Assembly (NCBI GenBank): GCA_963705305.1 | Contig: OY970067.1 | Coordinates: 1,024,001-1,088,000 of the forward strand | Direction: 5' to 3' | Length of the DNA: 64,000 nt | Source of the DNA: an uncultured Methylomirabilota bacterium | GTDB taxonomy: Bacteria > Methylomirabilota > Methylomirabilia > Methylomirabilales > 2-02-FULL-66-22 | Position numbers and translations under genes: made by a program | Notes under the pieces: generated by a model | The model's database searches: none | What the model saw: the letters and a program-made list of their open reading frames with translations, nothing else | Told to the model about the DNA's origin: nothing | Shown: positions 31,392 through 40,792 of the stretch, one piece after another | Layout of the letters: every line of letters begins with the position of its first letter | How positions within the stretch are numbered: the stretch's first letter is position 1

Positions 31392-32387
31392 TCACCGGGT
31401 GAAATAGATGCCCGATGGAGAGTTCGACCCGTGGATGTTCGAGTGGCAGTTCAGGCACGCCGCGTTGAACACGTACCGGGACGTCGGCGCGTACGGGTTC
31501 GTCGGATGCCGGTTCGTATCATGACATTGCTGGCAGAGCCGCGGCGGCTTGAGGCGGAGGAGATACCCGTTGTTCGACCCGTGCGGCTGATGGCAGTTCA
31601 TGCAGGTCTCCATCACCGGCGGATGCGTCCAGAGGAACGGACCCCGCTTGTCCGCGTGGCAGCTGGTGCACAGGTCATTAACGGAGATGGCTTTGATCAG
31701 GTGCTCGGTGGTCGAGCCGTGCGGGTTATGGCAGCTGGTGCACACGAGGCTTCCGGCCTCTCCGAGGTCGCTCGCCGGCATGTGAGAGGAGCGCTGGAAC
31801 TGCCTGGTTTTTGCTTGATGGCACTGGGCGCACAGCGCCATTTCGGTTTCCTTCTGGAGCTGAGCCTTCTTACTCTTCGGGGAGTGGACCGAGTGGCAAG
31901 TCTCGCAGACAACGTCGCGGGAGTCGTGCGGGCTTCCCGCCCACAGGATCTGCTTGCCCCGCTCATGGCACTGGAGGCACACCGCGGCCTGCTCGTGCGC
32001 CGGCAGGGGAGACCCCTTGCCCAGAACGATGATGGTGGTGGGCCCGGGATTTTCGATGTGCTTGCTGCCCGGTCCGTGGCACGCCTGGCACCCTTGCGGC
32101 TGGAGCGCGCCCTTGGACAGCTTCGTCCCCAGGAGCTTTCCGTGCAGGGTGTTTTCCATCTCCTTGAACTTGTCCTCGTGACAGCCCTTGCAAACGTCAT
32201 TCGCGACGTAAGTCGCCCCCTGGATCTTGGGGACTTCGGCCTTCGCCGGGGCTGCCAGGAGCGAATCGAGACGGGCACCGCAGCCCGAGACGATCACCAA
32301 GGCGCCGACCAGACCCACCAGCCCCCAGAGCCACCCGGGGCGCATCCGTCGGGAATCTGCCGGTCGTGGCATGCCGCGCAATTCCAT
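31392..32387 (-). CDS. DmsE/MtrA-family decaheme cytochrome c
   Basis: 10 CxxCH motifs counted; CHGPGSKH, KRGPFLWTHPPV, CLNCHSNIHGSNSPSG; possible lipobox VSGC. Confidence 0.92.
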   Translation of the reverse strand: MELRGMPRPADSRRMRPGWLWGLVGLVGALVIVSGCGARLDSLLAAPAKAEVPKIQGATYVANDVCKGCHEDKFKEMENTLHGKLLGTKLSKGALQPQGCQACHGPGSKHIENPGPTTIIVLGKGSPLPAHEQAAVCLQCHERGKQILWAGSPHDSRDVVCETCHSVHSPKSKKAQLQKETEMALCAQCHQAKTRQFQRSSHMPASDLGEAGSLVCTSCHNPHGSTTEHLIKAISVNDLCTSCHADKRGPFLWTHPPVMETCMNCHQPHGSNNGYLLRLKPPRLCQQCHDTNRHPTNPYAPTSRYVFNAACLNCHSNIHGSNSPSGIYFTR

Positions 32388-32487
32388 TTGATCTCCCTCC
32401 GGACCGTGATTATGGAAAACTCGATTCCTCAAGCGAGCAGCCTGCCGATACAAGTGTCGTGACAATCTCCTGCAGGTCTTGTGAGAG

Positions 32488-32503
32488 AGCAACCATGGTG
32501 CCA
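32488..32503 (-). promoter_or_regulatory. Sigma54 -24/-12 promoter for mtrAB-like genes
   Basis: TGGCAC-CATGG-TTGCT, exact consensus. Confidence 0.8.
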
Positions 32504-32620
32504 TTGCAGTGAGGGATCACCAAATCCGACTTACAAACGACCAACCTCAGTATTGTCGACCAGTTACGAGTGAATGGGTTCACAATCCATCCATCGAACC
32601 ATGCTGTTTTCCCCCGACGC

Positions 32621-32671
32621 TGCGAGAAATCGCGCACGATGATTGTCCGGAGGCCTGCGAGATTCCACGCA
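32621..32671. promoter_or_regulatory. Tandem enhancer-like palindromes
   Basis: TGCGAGAAATCGCGCA and TGCGAGATTCCACGCA (TGCG-N8-CGCA), 120-170 bp upstream of the sigma54 site. Confidence 0.55.
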
Positions 32672-32763
32672 GGGCGGGACACTGCTGCAGAAGGCGTCCT
32701 CCGATTGATCACCCCCCCCGCCGCCGGTGCGTGCCAGGTCTCAGGATCCTTTCCGGCAGAAAG

Positions 32764-33141
32764 TTATGAGTATGAGGACGACTGCAAGGCGCGGGAGATG
32801 GCTGCCTCTAGGAGGGATGCATCGCAGGGCTTGTCCAGATGCCCGCTGGCCCCGAGCAGCAGGGCCTGGCGAGCCGTCTCGCTGGTGGCATCCGCAGTCA
32901 TCATGAGGACGGGAAGCTTGGGGTGAGAACGGCGGATGGCGGTGAGCACGGCAAAGCCGTCCGCATCCGGGAGCGAGACATCCAGCAGGACCAGATCGGG
33001 TGCCGCCCGTCGGACGGCGGCGAGTCCCTCTGCCGCCGACGACGCCTCCACCACGCAATAACCGGCACGGCCGAGCACGGCGGACACCGACCAGCGAATG
33101 AGCTTGTCGTCGTCAACGACCAGGACTACAGGCGCCTCCAT
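32764..33141 (-). CDS. Single-domain response regulator
   Basis: VLVVDDD, DLVLLDVSLPDADG, MMTA, KP. Confidence 0.88.
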   Translation of the reverse strand: MEAPVVLVVDDDKLIRWSVSAVLGRAGYCVVEASSAAEGLAAVRRAAPDLVLLDVSLPDADGFAVLTAIRRSHPKLPVLMMTADATSETARQALLLGASGHLDKPCDASLLEAAISRALQSSSYS

Positions 33142-33252
33142 AGACAGTCCCCGGACAAAGGCCCCTCTAATCCCGAATGCTGCAGTTCTAGCGCAGAGCA
33201 CCCCATGACCGCAAAGGAAACCCCACCTTGGCGGTGAAACATCTTGGCTCAT

Positions 33253-33268
33253 AGCAAGAACAGTTCCA
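33253..33268 (-). promoter_or_regulatory. Sigma54 promoter for the single-domain response regulator
   Basis: TGGAAC-TGTTC-TTGCT; enhancer-like sites at 33370-33385 and 33392-33407. Confidence 0.6.
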
Positions 33269-33437
33269 TCCAGGAGCCCGAAGGGGCGGGGTCCCCCGGC
33301 AATCTTTACCAGATGCTGCTTCCGAGAGCCTTGTGTGATGCTGTTCTTCGGGTTTGGGTGGGCTCGGGCTGCGAGAAAACTCTCACGGAGCTGCGGGGAT
33401 TTGCGCAGCCGCTGACGCGCGTGAAAGCGTGGGAGGG

Positions 33438-34841
33438 TTAGGGCGGGGACAGCAACCCGAACTTCTTCATCCGGGTCCGCAGCGCGTCCCGGCTGATCCC
33501 CAGGAGCCGTGCCGCCCGCACCTGATTGCCATCCGTAGCCTCCAGCGCCTGGCGCACCAGATCCCGCTCAACCTCTTCCAGCCGCAGGCCTTCCGCGGGA
33601 AGGGCCGCCGGCGCCGGCTTGGACGGCAGCGAGGGTTTGGCACCCTGCGCCCGGGCAGCCCGGTCGATCTCCGGCGGTAAGTGCTCGGGGCGCAGTGTGC
33701 CGCCGCCGGCCAGGATCATGGCCCGCTCCATGACATTCCGGAGCTCCCGCACGTTGCCGGGCCAGTGGTAGGCCTGCAGGAGGGCCCGGGCCTCCGGCGA
33801 TATCTCCAGGCTGGGGCGCCGCATCTCCCGGCCGAGCCGGGCAACGAAGCACTCGCATAGCGGCAGGATGTCCTCGGGCCGCTCCCGCAGGGGAGCGATG
33901 TAGATGGGAAAGACCTTCAGCCGGTAATACAAATCCTTCCGGAACTCGCCGGTCTCCAGGGCCCGGGTCAGCTCCCGGTTAGTGGCGGCGATGATGCGGA
34001 CGTCTACCTTCAAGTCCCGCGTGCCCCCGACCCGCCGGAAGGTCTTCTCCTCGATCAGCCGCAACAGCTTCGCTTGCAGCCCCAGCTTCATGTCGCCGAT
34101 CTCGTCCAGGTAGACCGTCCCGCCGTCAGCCTGCTCGAACAGCCCCTTCTTGAGGGCCTTGGCATCCGTGAAGGCCCCCCGCTCGTGGCCGAACAGCTCG
34201 CTCTCCAGGAGGTGCTCGGGGAGGGCCACGCAATTGACCGCCAGGAAGGGGGCGCGGGCCCGGGCGCTCTCGTAATGAATGATGCGGGCCACCAGATCCT
34301 TGCCGGTGCCGCTCTCCCCCTCCAGCAGGACCGTGGTGGCGTCGCTCTGCGCGATGCGCGGGATGAGGGCGTGAAGATCCTGGACGATCCGGCTGGTGCC
34401 GATCAGGTCGCAGAGGCACGAGCCGAGCCGCACCTCGGCCTGATAGCGGGCCACATCGCGGCGCAAGGTCCGGGTCTCCAGGGCCTTGCGGACCGTGAGC
34501 TTCAGCTCCTCCATGTCGAAGGGCTTGATGACGTAGTCGTAGGCCCCCAGCTTCATCGCCCGCACGGCCGACTCCACCCCGCCGTGGGCCGTGATCATGA
34601 TCACCAGGCTCTCCGGATCCCCGGCGCGCAGCCGCTCCAGGATCTCCAGGCCGTCGGCGTCGGGGAGCCGGATGTCCAGCAGGACCAGATCGGGGGGCTC
34701 CGCCTGGACTTTTCGCAGCGCCTCCGCCCCGCTGTCCGCCAGAAGGACCGTATACCCTTCCCGCTGCAGCTGCTGCTCCAGCGACCAGCGGATCAGGTGC
34801 TCGTCGTCCACCACCAGGATGGTGCCCGCCCCGTGCGTCAT
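33438..34841 (-). CDS. Sigma54-dependent response regulator (NtrC/AtoC family)
   Basis: REC domain, GESGTGKD, ESELFGHERGAFTDA, WPGNVREL, Fis-type HTH. Confidence 0.95.
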   Translation of the reverse strand: MTHGAGTILVVDDEHLIRWSLEQQLQREGYTVLLADSGAEALRKVQAEPPDLVLLDIRLPDADGLEILERLRAGDPESLVIMITAHGGVESAVRAMKLGAYDYVIKPFDMEELKLTVRKALETRTLRRDVARYQAEVRLGSCLCDLIGTSRIVQDLHALIPRIAQSDATTVLLEGESGTGKDLVARIIHYESARARAPFLAVNCVALPEHLLESELFGHERGAFTDAKALKKGLFEQADGGTVYLDEIGDMKLGLQAKLLRLIEEKTFRRVGGTRDLKVDVRIIAATNRELTRALETGEFRKDLYYRLKVFPIYIAPLRERPEDILPLCECFVARLGREMRRPSLEISPEARALLQAYHWPGNVRELRNVMERAMILAGGGTLRPEHLPPEIDRAARAQGAKPSLPSKPAPAALPAEGLRLEEVERDLVRQALEATDGNQVRAARLLGISRDALRTRMKKFGLLSPP

Positions 34842-36406
34842 CGCGCCAGATCCTCTATCCGATTCCGCGACGGGTCGACCGGCAGGCAGACGCGGAAGGT
34901 CGCCCCCTGTCCCTCCGGACTCTCGACCTCGATCCAGCCGCCGTGATCCTCGACGATGCGGCGGCTCACGGAGAGTCCCAGGCCGGTCCCGCGGTGCTTC
35001 GTGGTGAAGAAGGGTTTGAACAGATCGGGGAGGACGTGGGCCGGGATGCCGGGGCCGCTGTCGGTCACGGCGACTTCCACGACCGAGCCGGTCGTCGCCC
35101 GCCCGTCCCCGTTCCCGCCGCTCCCGTCCCGGAGCCGGGTCTGCAGCCTGGCCTGTCCGCCGCCGGGCATGGCCTGGATGGCGTTCAGGATCAGATTCAG
35201 GAACACCTGGCCGAGCTGTTTCCCGTCCGCTTCGAGCCGGGGCACCTCGGGCTGGTAATCCCGCACAACCCGCACGTGCTTGGCCTCGGGATCCTCGGCC
35301 AAAAGCAGGAGGATGCGGTCCAGAACCTTGTGGATGTCGCAGGGGGCCACATCGGGCTGCCCGGGACGCGCAAAGGCCAGGAGATCCCGTACGGTCTTGT
35401 CCAGCCGCCGCACCTGGGACAAGACCTCGCGCATGATCTCCTTGCGCGGGTTGCTGTCCGGCATCTCTTCGGCCATCACCTGGATGGCCCCGGCGATTCC
35501 GGCCAGCGGGTTCTTGATCTCGTGGGCCAGCGAGGCCGCCAGCTCTCCCAGGGAGGCCAGCCGCTCGGCCCGCTCTAGGCGCCGCTGGTGGTACACCTGG
35601 ATCTCCGCCCGGGCCGCCCGCAGCTTCTGCACCATGGCGTTGAAGCTGCGGGCCAGGTGGCCGAACTCATCCCACCGCCGGCCATCCGCATGCGCCTCCA
35701 AATCGCCGCCCTCTACCCTGGCCATGGCCCGGACGAGGGCCGCCACCGGCCGGTCCACCAGCCGGACCATAAGGAAGGCGCCGCCGCCAGCCAGGACCAC
35801 GGCGGTGAAGAGCATGGTCCAGAGGGCGGACTGCTCCATCTCGGCAATATCCGCATAGGTTTTGGCATAAGAGATGTCCACGTGCAGAATGCCGTTGATG
35901 GCCGCCTGGCTCCCATGGCACGGGTAGCACTCCGGACGGTTTTCAATGCGCTTGACGACCGAGTGGACTTCCTCGCCGTTGTCAAAAAACTCGGCCACCG
36001 TCAGGTCCGGCTGCTCCAGATACCGGGAGAGCCGGTTCCGCTGCAACGTGCGCCCCACCAGCTCCGGCGCGGAGGCCTGGAGGATCTTGCCGTTGCTGTC
36101 GAAGATGACCACCCGCCGGATATCGGGATCCCGCCCTACCTCTTGCAGGATGCGCGGAACGGCTCTGTGGCGCCCCTCGCGCATAGAGATCTGGATTCCC
36201 CGGTCGATGGCCAAGGCGATAGCCTTCGCCTTCTCCTCCGTGGCCTGGAGCATATGCTGCTTCAGGAGGCTCAGATTCCACAGCGTGAGCAGCGCCAGGA
36301 CCACGACCACCAGCAGGATCAGGGCCGCGACGAACTTGAGCTTCAGGCTGGAGAGGAGCAGTCGGGGGCGGCGCCAACCACGGAAGACGGGAAAATCGAG
36401 CGTCAT
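34838..36406 (-). CDS. Sensor histidine kinase with periplasmic heme-c motif and HAMP domain
   Basis: TM, periplasmic CYPCH, TM, HAMP, AHEIKNPL, NAIQA, DSGPGI, GTGLGL. Confidence 0.92.
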   Translation of the reverse strand: MTLDFPVFRGWRRPRLLLSSLKLKFVAALILLVVVVLALLTLWNLSLLKQHMLQATEEKAKAIALAIDRGIQISMREGRHRAVPRILQEVGRDPDIRRVVIFDSNGKILQASAPELVGRTLQRNRLSRYLEQPDLTVAEFFDNGEEVHSVVKRIENRPECYPCHGSQAAINGILHVDISYAKTYADIAEMEQSALWTMLFTAVVLAGGGAFLMVRLVDRPVAALVRAMARVEGGDLEAHADGRRWDEFGHLARSFNAMVQKLRAARAEIQVYHQRRLERAERLASLGELAASLAHEIKNPLAGIAGAIQVMAEEMPDSNPRKEIMREVLSQVRRLDKTVRDLLAFARPGQPDVAPCDIHKVLDRILLLLAEDPEAKHVRVVRDYQPEVPRLEADGKQLGQVFLNLILNAIQAMPGGGQARLQTRLRDGSGGNGDGRATTGSVVEVAVTDSGPGIPAHVLPDLFKPFFTTKHRGTGLGLSVSRRIVEDHGGWIEVESPEGQGATFRVCLPVDPSRNRIEDLAR

Positions 36407-36582
36407 TTCCGCCCTCCCAGCGGAAACCCGGGTTCGAAGTCCGGCGGCATGGAGATTCTGGTGGACGGCTTCCGCCGGAACGACAGAAATGCAGCGGCAG
36501 CCGTCGGAGGCGGACAGCGCGTGCGCTACCACCCCATTTCGTGATGGCAGTCTCTATGGATGAGGTGCCACGGCACAGGGGG

Positions 36583-37974
36583 TCAGTGGCCGCCGCCCGA
36601 CAACTCTTTGACGATGTCCCCCACGAACGCCTTCGCGTCGCCGAAGAGCATCAGCGTCTTGTCCATGTAGTACAGGGGATTGTCGATGCCGGCGAAGCCG
36701 GGGTTCAGGCTCCGCTTGATCACCATCACAGTGCGCCCCCGATCCACCTCGATGATGGGCATGCCGTAGATGGGGCTCCCCTTGTCGGTCTTGGCGGCGG
36801 GGTTCGTGACGTCGTTCGCCCCGATGATGAGCGCCACGTCGGTCTGGCCCATGTCGCCGTTGGCCGTCTGCATGTCCACCAGCTTGTCGTAGGGGATGTC
36901 CGCCTCCGCGAGCAGGACGTTCATGTGCCCCGGCATGCGCCCGGCCACGGGGTGGATGGCAAACTTCACGTCCACCCCCTTCTTGGTGAGCACGTCGAAC
37001 AGCTCGCGCACCCGGTGCTGCGCCTGGGCCACCGCCATCCCGTAGCCCGGCACCACCATCACGGAGTTCGCCGAGCCGAGGATCGCCGCCGCGTCCTCGG
37101 GGGTGGCGCTCCGGACAGTGCGGTCCTCCTGGGCAACCTTGGCCGATGTCTGGATCTGGCCGAAGGCCCCGAAGAGCACGTTGGTGAACGAGCGGTTCAT
37201 CGCTTTGCACATGATGACCGACAGGATGAAGCCCGAGGAGCCGTCGAGCGCCCCGGCCACCACCAGCACGGTGCTGTTCAGGACGAAGCCCAGCAGGGCG
37301 GCCGAGAGCCCCACGTAGGAGTTGAGCAGGGAGATCACCGTCGGCATGTCGGCGCCGCCGATCGGCGTCACGAGCAGCACGCCGAAGAGGAGCGAGACGA
37401 CGACCATCGCCGGAAAGAGCGCGGTGAGCAGCGGGTTGAAGATGAGGACGAGCGCCAGCACCACGGCCGTGCCCAGCACCGCGAAGCTGACGTAGTTCTG
37501 GCCTTTGTAGGTGATGGGCCGCTGCGGCAGGATCTCCTGCAGCTTGCCCGCGGCGATCAGGCTCCCCGTGAAGCTGAGCGAGCCGATGATCACCTCCATG
37601 GCGATCTCGGTCATCCCGAACGCGTTCAGGTGCGGGAGCCGCACGTAGTACTCGGAGATCCCGATGGTCGCGGCGGCCAGGGCGCCGAAGGCGTGGCTCA
37701 TGGCCGTCCGCTGGGGGACCGCGGTCATCTGCACGAGGCCCAGCGGGATGCCGATCATGACGCCCACCAGCAGGGCCACGATGATCCACCGGTACTCCAC
37801 GAGCTCCGGGTGGGCGAAGGTGGTGGCCACCGCCAGGGCCGCGCCGATCTCACCCGCCAGCACGCCGTGCCGCGCGGTCGCCGGGGAACTGAGCCACTTG
37901 AGCGACAGGATGAAGAGCGCGATGGCCAGGATGTACGAAAAATCGAACAAGTGGGCCGTGTGGACGAGGCTCAT
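36583..37974 (-). CDS. pntB: NAD(P) transhydrogenase beta subunit
   Basis: IGGADMPTVISLLNSY, MCKAMNRS, PGYGMAVAQAQH, HPVAGRMPGHMNVLLAE. Confidence 0.96.
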   Translation of the reverse strand: MSLVHTAHLFDFSYILAIALFILSLKWLSSPATARHGVLAGEIGAALAVATTFAHPELVEYRWIIVALLVGVMIGIPLGLVQMTAVPQRTAMSHAFGALAAATIGISEYYVRLPHLNAFGMTEIAMEVIIGSLSFTGSLIAAGKLQEILPQRPITYKGQNYVSFAVLGTAVVLALVLIFNPLLTALFPAMVVVSLLFGVLLVTPIGGADMPTVISLLNSYVGLSAALLGFVLNSTVLVVAGALDGSSGFILSVIMCKAMNRSFTNVLFGAFGQIQTSAKVAQEDRTVRSATPEDAAAILGSANSVMVVPGYGMAVAQAQHRVRELFDVLTKKGVDVKFAIHPVAGRMPGHMNVLLAEADIPYDKLVDMQTANGDMGQTDVALIIGANDVTNPAAKTDKGSPIYGMPIIEVDRGRTVMVIKRSLNPGFAGIDNPLYYMDKTLMLFGDAKAFVGDIVKELSGGGH

Positions 37975-38267
37975 CGTTTCTTCCGCCCGCTCGCCTTGAA
38001 CATCCGGAGCATGCGATCGGTGATCAGGAATCCGCCGATCATGTTGCTGAATGCGGCGGCCACCGCCACCGCCCCCAGCACCACCGACAGCGGCGATTCC
38101 GCGCGGCCGCAGATGATGATGGCGGCCACCACCACGATCGCGTCGAGGGCGTTGGTGAGCGACATCAGGGGCGTGTGCAGGAGCGGGGAAACGCGCCGGA
38201 TGACTTCGAACCCGACGAATCCCGCCAGCACGAACACGTACAGGTTGGTGATAAAGCCTTCAGGCAC
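37971..38267 (-). CDS. pntAb: NAD(P) transhydrogenase alpha-2 (membrane) subunit
   Basis: FVLAGFVGFEVI, LHTPLMSLTNA, GGFLITDRML. Confidence 0.93.
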   Translation of the reverse strand: MPEGFITNLYVFVLAGFVGFEVIRRVSPLLHTPLMSLTNALDAIVVVAAIIICGRAESPLSVVLGAVAVAAAFSNMIGGFLITDRMLRMFKASGRKKR

Positions 38268-39361
38268 GGTGCCGCACCTCCCCTCTGTGGACCAGCGCCA
38301 TGGCGCCGGTGATTTCGTCGTTGAGATCGATCGTCAGGCGGCCCTCGGGAGCCAGGTGCCGAATCAGCGTGAGCAGGTTGCGCGACAACATCTGGCTCGC
38401 GTCCGTCGGCAGGGTGGATGGCAGATTCAGGGGGCCGAGCACCGTGACGCCGCCGGCCGTCACGTCGCGGCCCGCCTCCGTCGCTTCGCAGTTGCCTCCC
38501 GCCTCGGCGGCGAGATCCACCACCACCGCGCCAGGCTTCATGGCGGCGAGCATCGCGCGGGTGATGAGGCGCGGAGCCGGCTTGCCGGGGATGAGCGCGG
38601 TGGTGATCACGAGGTCCATTTCCTTCAGCGTGGCGCCGATCACCTCGAGCTCCCGGCGGTGCTGCTCTTCCGCCAGCTCCTTGGCGTAGCCCCCGGCGCC
38701 CTCGGCCACGATTCCTTCGGCCGCCACGAACTTGGCGCCGAGGCTCTCCACCTGCTCCTTCACCGCCGGCCGGAACGTCGAATGCCGATACGACAGCGCC
38801 CAGCCGCCGCGCGGTGGCGATCGCCTGGAGCCCCGCCACCCCCGCTCCCAGTACGAACACCTTGGCGGGAACGATCGTCCCGGCGGCCGTCGTGAGCATC
38901 GGCATCAGGCGCGGCAGCCGGGCCGCCCCGAGTAGCACCGCTTTGTAGCCCGCCACGGTGCTCTGCGAGGAGAGCACGTCCATCGCCTGGGCCCGCGTGA
39001 TGCGCGGCACCCGCTCGAGGGCGAGCGCCGTCGCCCGCCGCTCGGCGATGCGCGACAGCAGCGCCGCGTCGGGCCGCCCACCGAAGAGCGACACCACCAC
39101 CTGGCCTTCCCGCAGCCGGTCGGCTTCGTCGGCGCTGGGGGGCTGCACCTTCACCACCAGATCCGCTCGCCACACCTCCGCCGCATCGGCCAGCGCCGCG
39201 CCGGCGCCGCTGTAGGCGTCGTCGGGGGCGTAGGCCCCCGCGCCCGCCCCCCGTTCCACCACCACGTCGTTCTTGGCCTGGATGAGCCGGCCCACCGTCT
39301 CGGGCACCAGCGCCACGCGGCGCTCGCCTTCCCGTGTCTCCGTCGGCACTCCGATCTTCAT
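38260..39361 (-). pseudogene. pntAa: NAD(P) transhydrogenase alpha-1 subunit with a one-base frameshift
   Basis: MKIGVPTE...ERRVALVP...GAGVAGLQAIATARRLGA..AFDV, then continues in another frame as RPAVKEQVESLGA...GGNCE. One extra base near 38771-38776. Confidence 0.85.
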
Positions 39362-39754
39362 GCTCGATCCTCTGTGTGATGCAACGCGTGGGTGCGGACG
39401 GGGGCGGTGCCTCGTGAGGCCGCCGCCCCGTCGGGCACACAGCACCTTTCGGCCGAGCTCATCTCACTCGTCGGCCGCCGTCCCGGTCTGGTTTCGCAGA
39501 CGCACGGTGGATTGAGGATTGCGCAATTCCAAAACAGAGTCAAGTGAAAGTCGCCCCGGTCCAGACATCACGGTCAATTCCCTCCCCGCGGGGCGGACCC
39601 GCCGGCGGCCCCGGCATCTCTCCGCCGTCGGCTCTCCGCGCGCGTCAAGGCGCCGGCGGGCGACGCTCGCGGCAGGCCGACCGGGCATGCCGCCGGCATG
39701 GCAGCCTCTCAGGGGGCGTCAGGCGGTCCGCGGCGGTGCCGGAGGGACATCGGA

Positions 39755-40010
39755 GGGCCGCTGCACGACGCGGCCCTCTGCGTCCCGGGTTCAGGGAATG
39801 CCCCAGTGATCGAGCGGCAGGATCTCTCTCGGGATGGTCGTGACGAATCGCCGGACGACATCCTGGTCGGCCAGGAAGTCCGAGCCCTTCACCATGTCCC
39901 AGGCGTGCAGGTCGACGGGGTCCCCCTGCTCCGGGCGCAGCACGGCTGCCGTCCCCCCTTCGGCGCACACGGAGTGGGCCAGCCGCTGCGTCCTGATGTC
40001 CACCTCCACA
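39755..40010 (-). pseudogene. sdhA: Remnant of a succinate dehydrogenase/fumarate reductase flavoprotein gene
   Basis: HSVCAEGGTAAVL...HAWDMVKGSDFLADQDVV...LDHWGIP*TRDAEGRVVQRP; no N-terminal GxGxxG and no continuation. Confidence 0.75.
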
Positions 40011-40029
40011 CATGTCCGGGCCGGCACCC

Positions 40030-40593
40030 CTACAGGAGCTGCTGCAGCCGCTGCCTGGATCGCTCCAGCACCGCGGCGTGCAGGCTGTTGCCGTGCGCGT
40101 CCATGGTGACCACCGCGGGGAAGTCCTGCACACGGAAGGCCCAGATCGCCTCCGGGCTCCCGAACTCCTCCAGGCACACGCCCAGCACCCCGGTCACGCA
40201 TTCGGCCAGCACCTGCGCCGCCCCGCCGATCGCGTGCAGGTAGACGCAGCCGACCGCGGCGCAGGCGGCCAGCGTCTTCGCCCCCATGCCTCCCTTGCCG
40301 ATCACCGCGCGCAGCCGATATCGCTCGATGATCGACGCCTGGTACGGCTCCTCCCGGCCCGAGGTTGTCGGTCCGGCGGCCTTGACCACCCACCGCCCCT
40401 TCTCTTTGATCACGACCGGCCCGCAGTGATAGATCACCCCGTTGTCGAGCGTCACCGGCGGTTGGCCGCCCTCATAGAGGTACTTGTGCACGGCGTCGCG
40501 GCCCGTGTAGATGACGCCGGACAGCCTGACCATGTCCCCCATCTTCAACGCGCGGATTTTCTCCTCCGTGAATGGCTCGACGAGCTGGATCAT
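40030..40593 (-). CDS. Fe-S fumarate/tartrate hydratase beta subunit
   Basis: LSGVIYTGRDAVH, YHCGP, AGPTTS, IGKGGMG, DAHGNSLH. Confidence 0.92.
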   Translation of the reverse strand: MIQLVEPFTEEKIRALKMGDMVRLSGVIYTGRDAVHKYLYEGGQPPVTLDNGVIYHCGPVVIKEKGRWVVKAAGPTTSGREEPYQASIIERYRLRAVIGKGGMGAKTLAACAAVGCVYLHAIGGAAQVLAECVTGVLGVCLEEFGSPEAIWAFRVQDFPAVVTMDAHGNSLHAAVLERSRQRLQQLL

Positions 40594-40792
40594 GATCGCC
40601 CCCTGGGGAGAGATGTCAGCAATCAGCGGTCAGCCGCACCAGCAATGCGACGCGTCGGGAATCTCTTGAGGCTTGCCCGCCCCGGCTGTCGTATCGCCGA
40701 ATGCCGGGACCGGAATCCAGTCGCGCCCGGTCCCTGCCCCGGCGCGCGACGCCCGCGGGGGCTCCCGCAGGCGGGCCAGGTTCCGCCGCCCC

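Noticed and set aside
39517..39530. ATTGCGCAAT palindrome upstream of pnt
   Set aside because: Single short site that I could not assign; does not match the Rex consensus.
39791..39793. TGA in the sdhA fragment as selenocysteine or recoded Trp
   Set aside because: It aligns to Trp rather than Cys, similarity ends 12 codons later, and many genes here use TGA as a stop.
40594..40792. 200-bp gap between fumarase subunits as a possible MITE or sRNA
   Set aside because: Only generic GC hairpins; no terminal repeats, target duplication or second copy seen.
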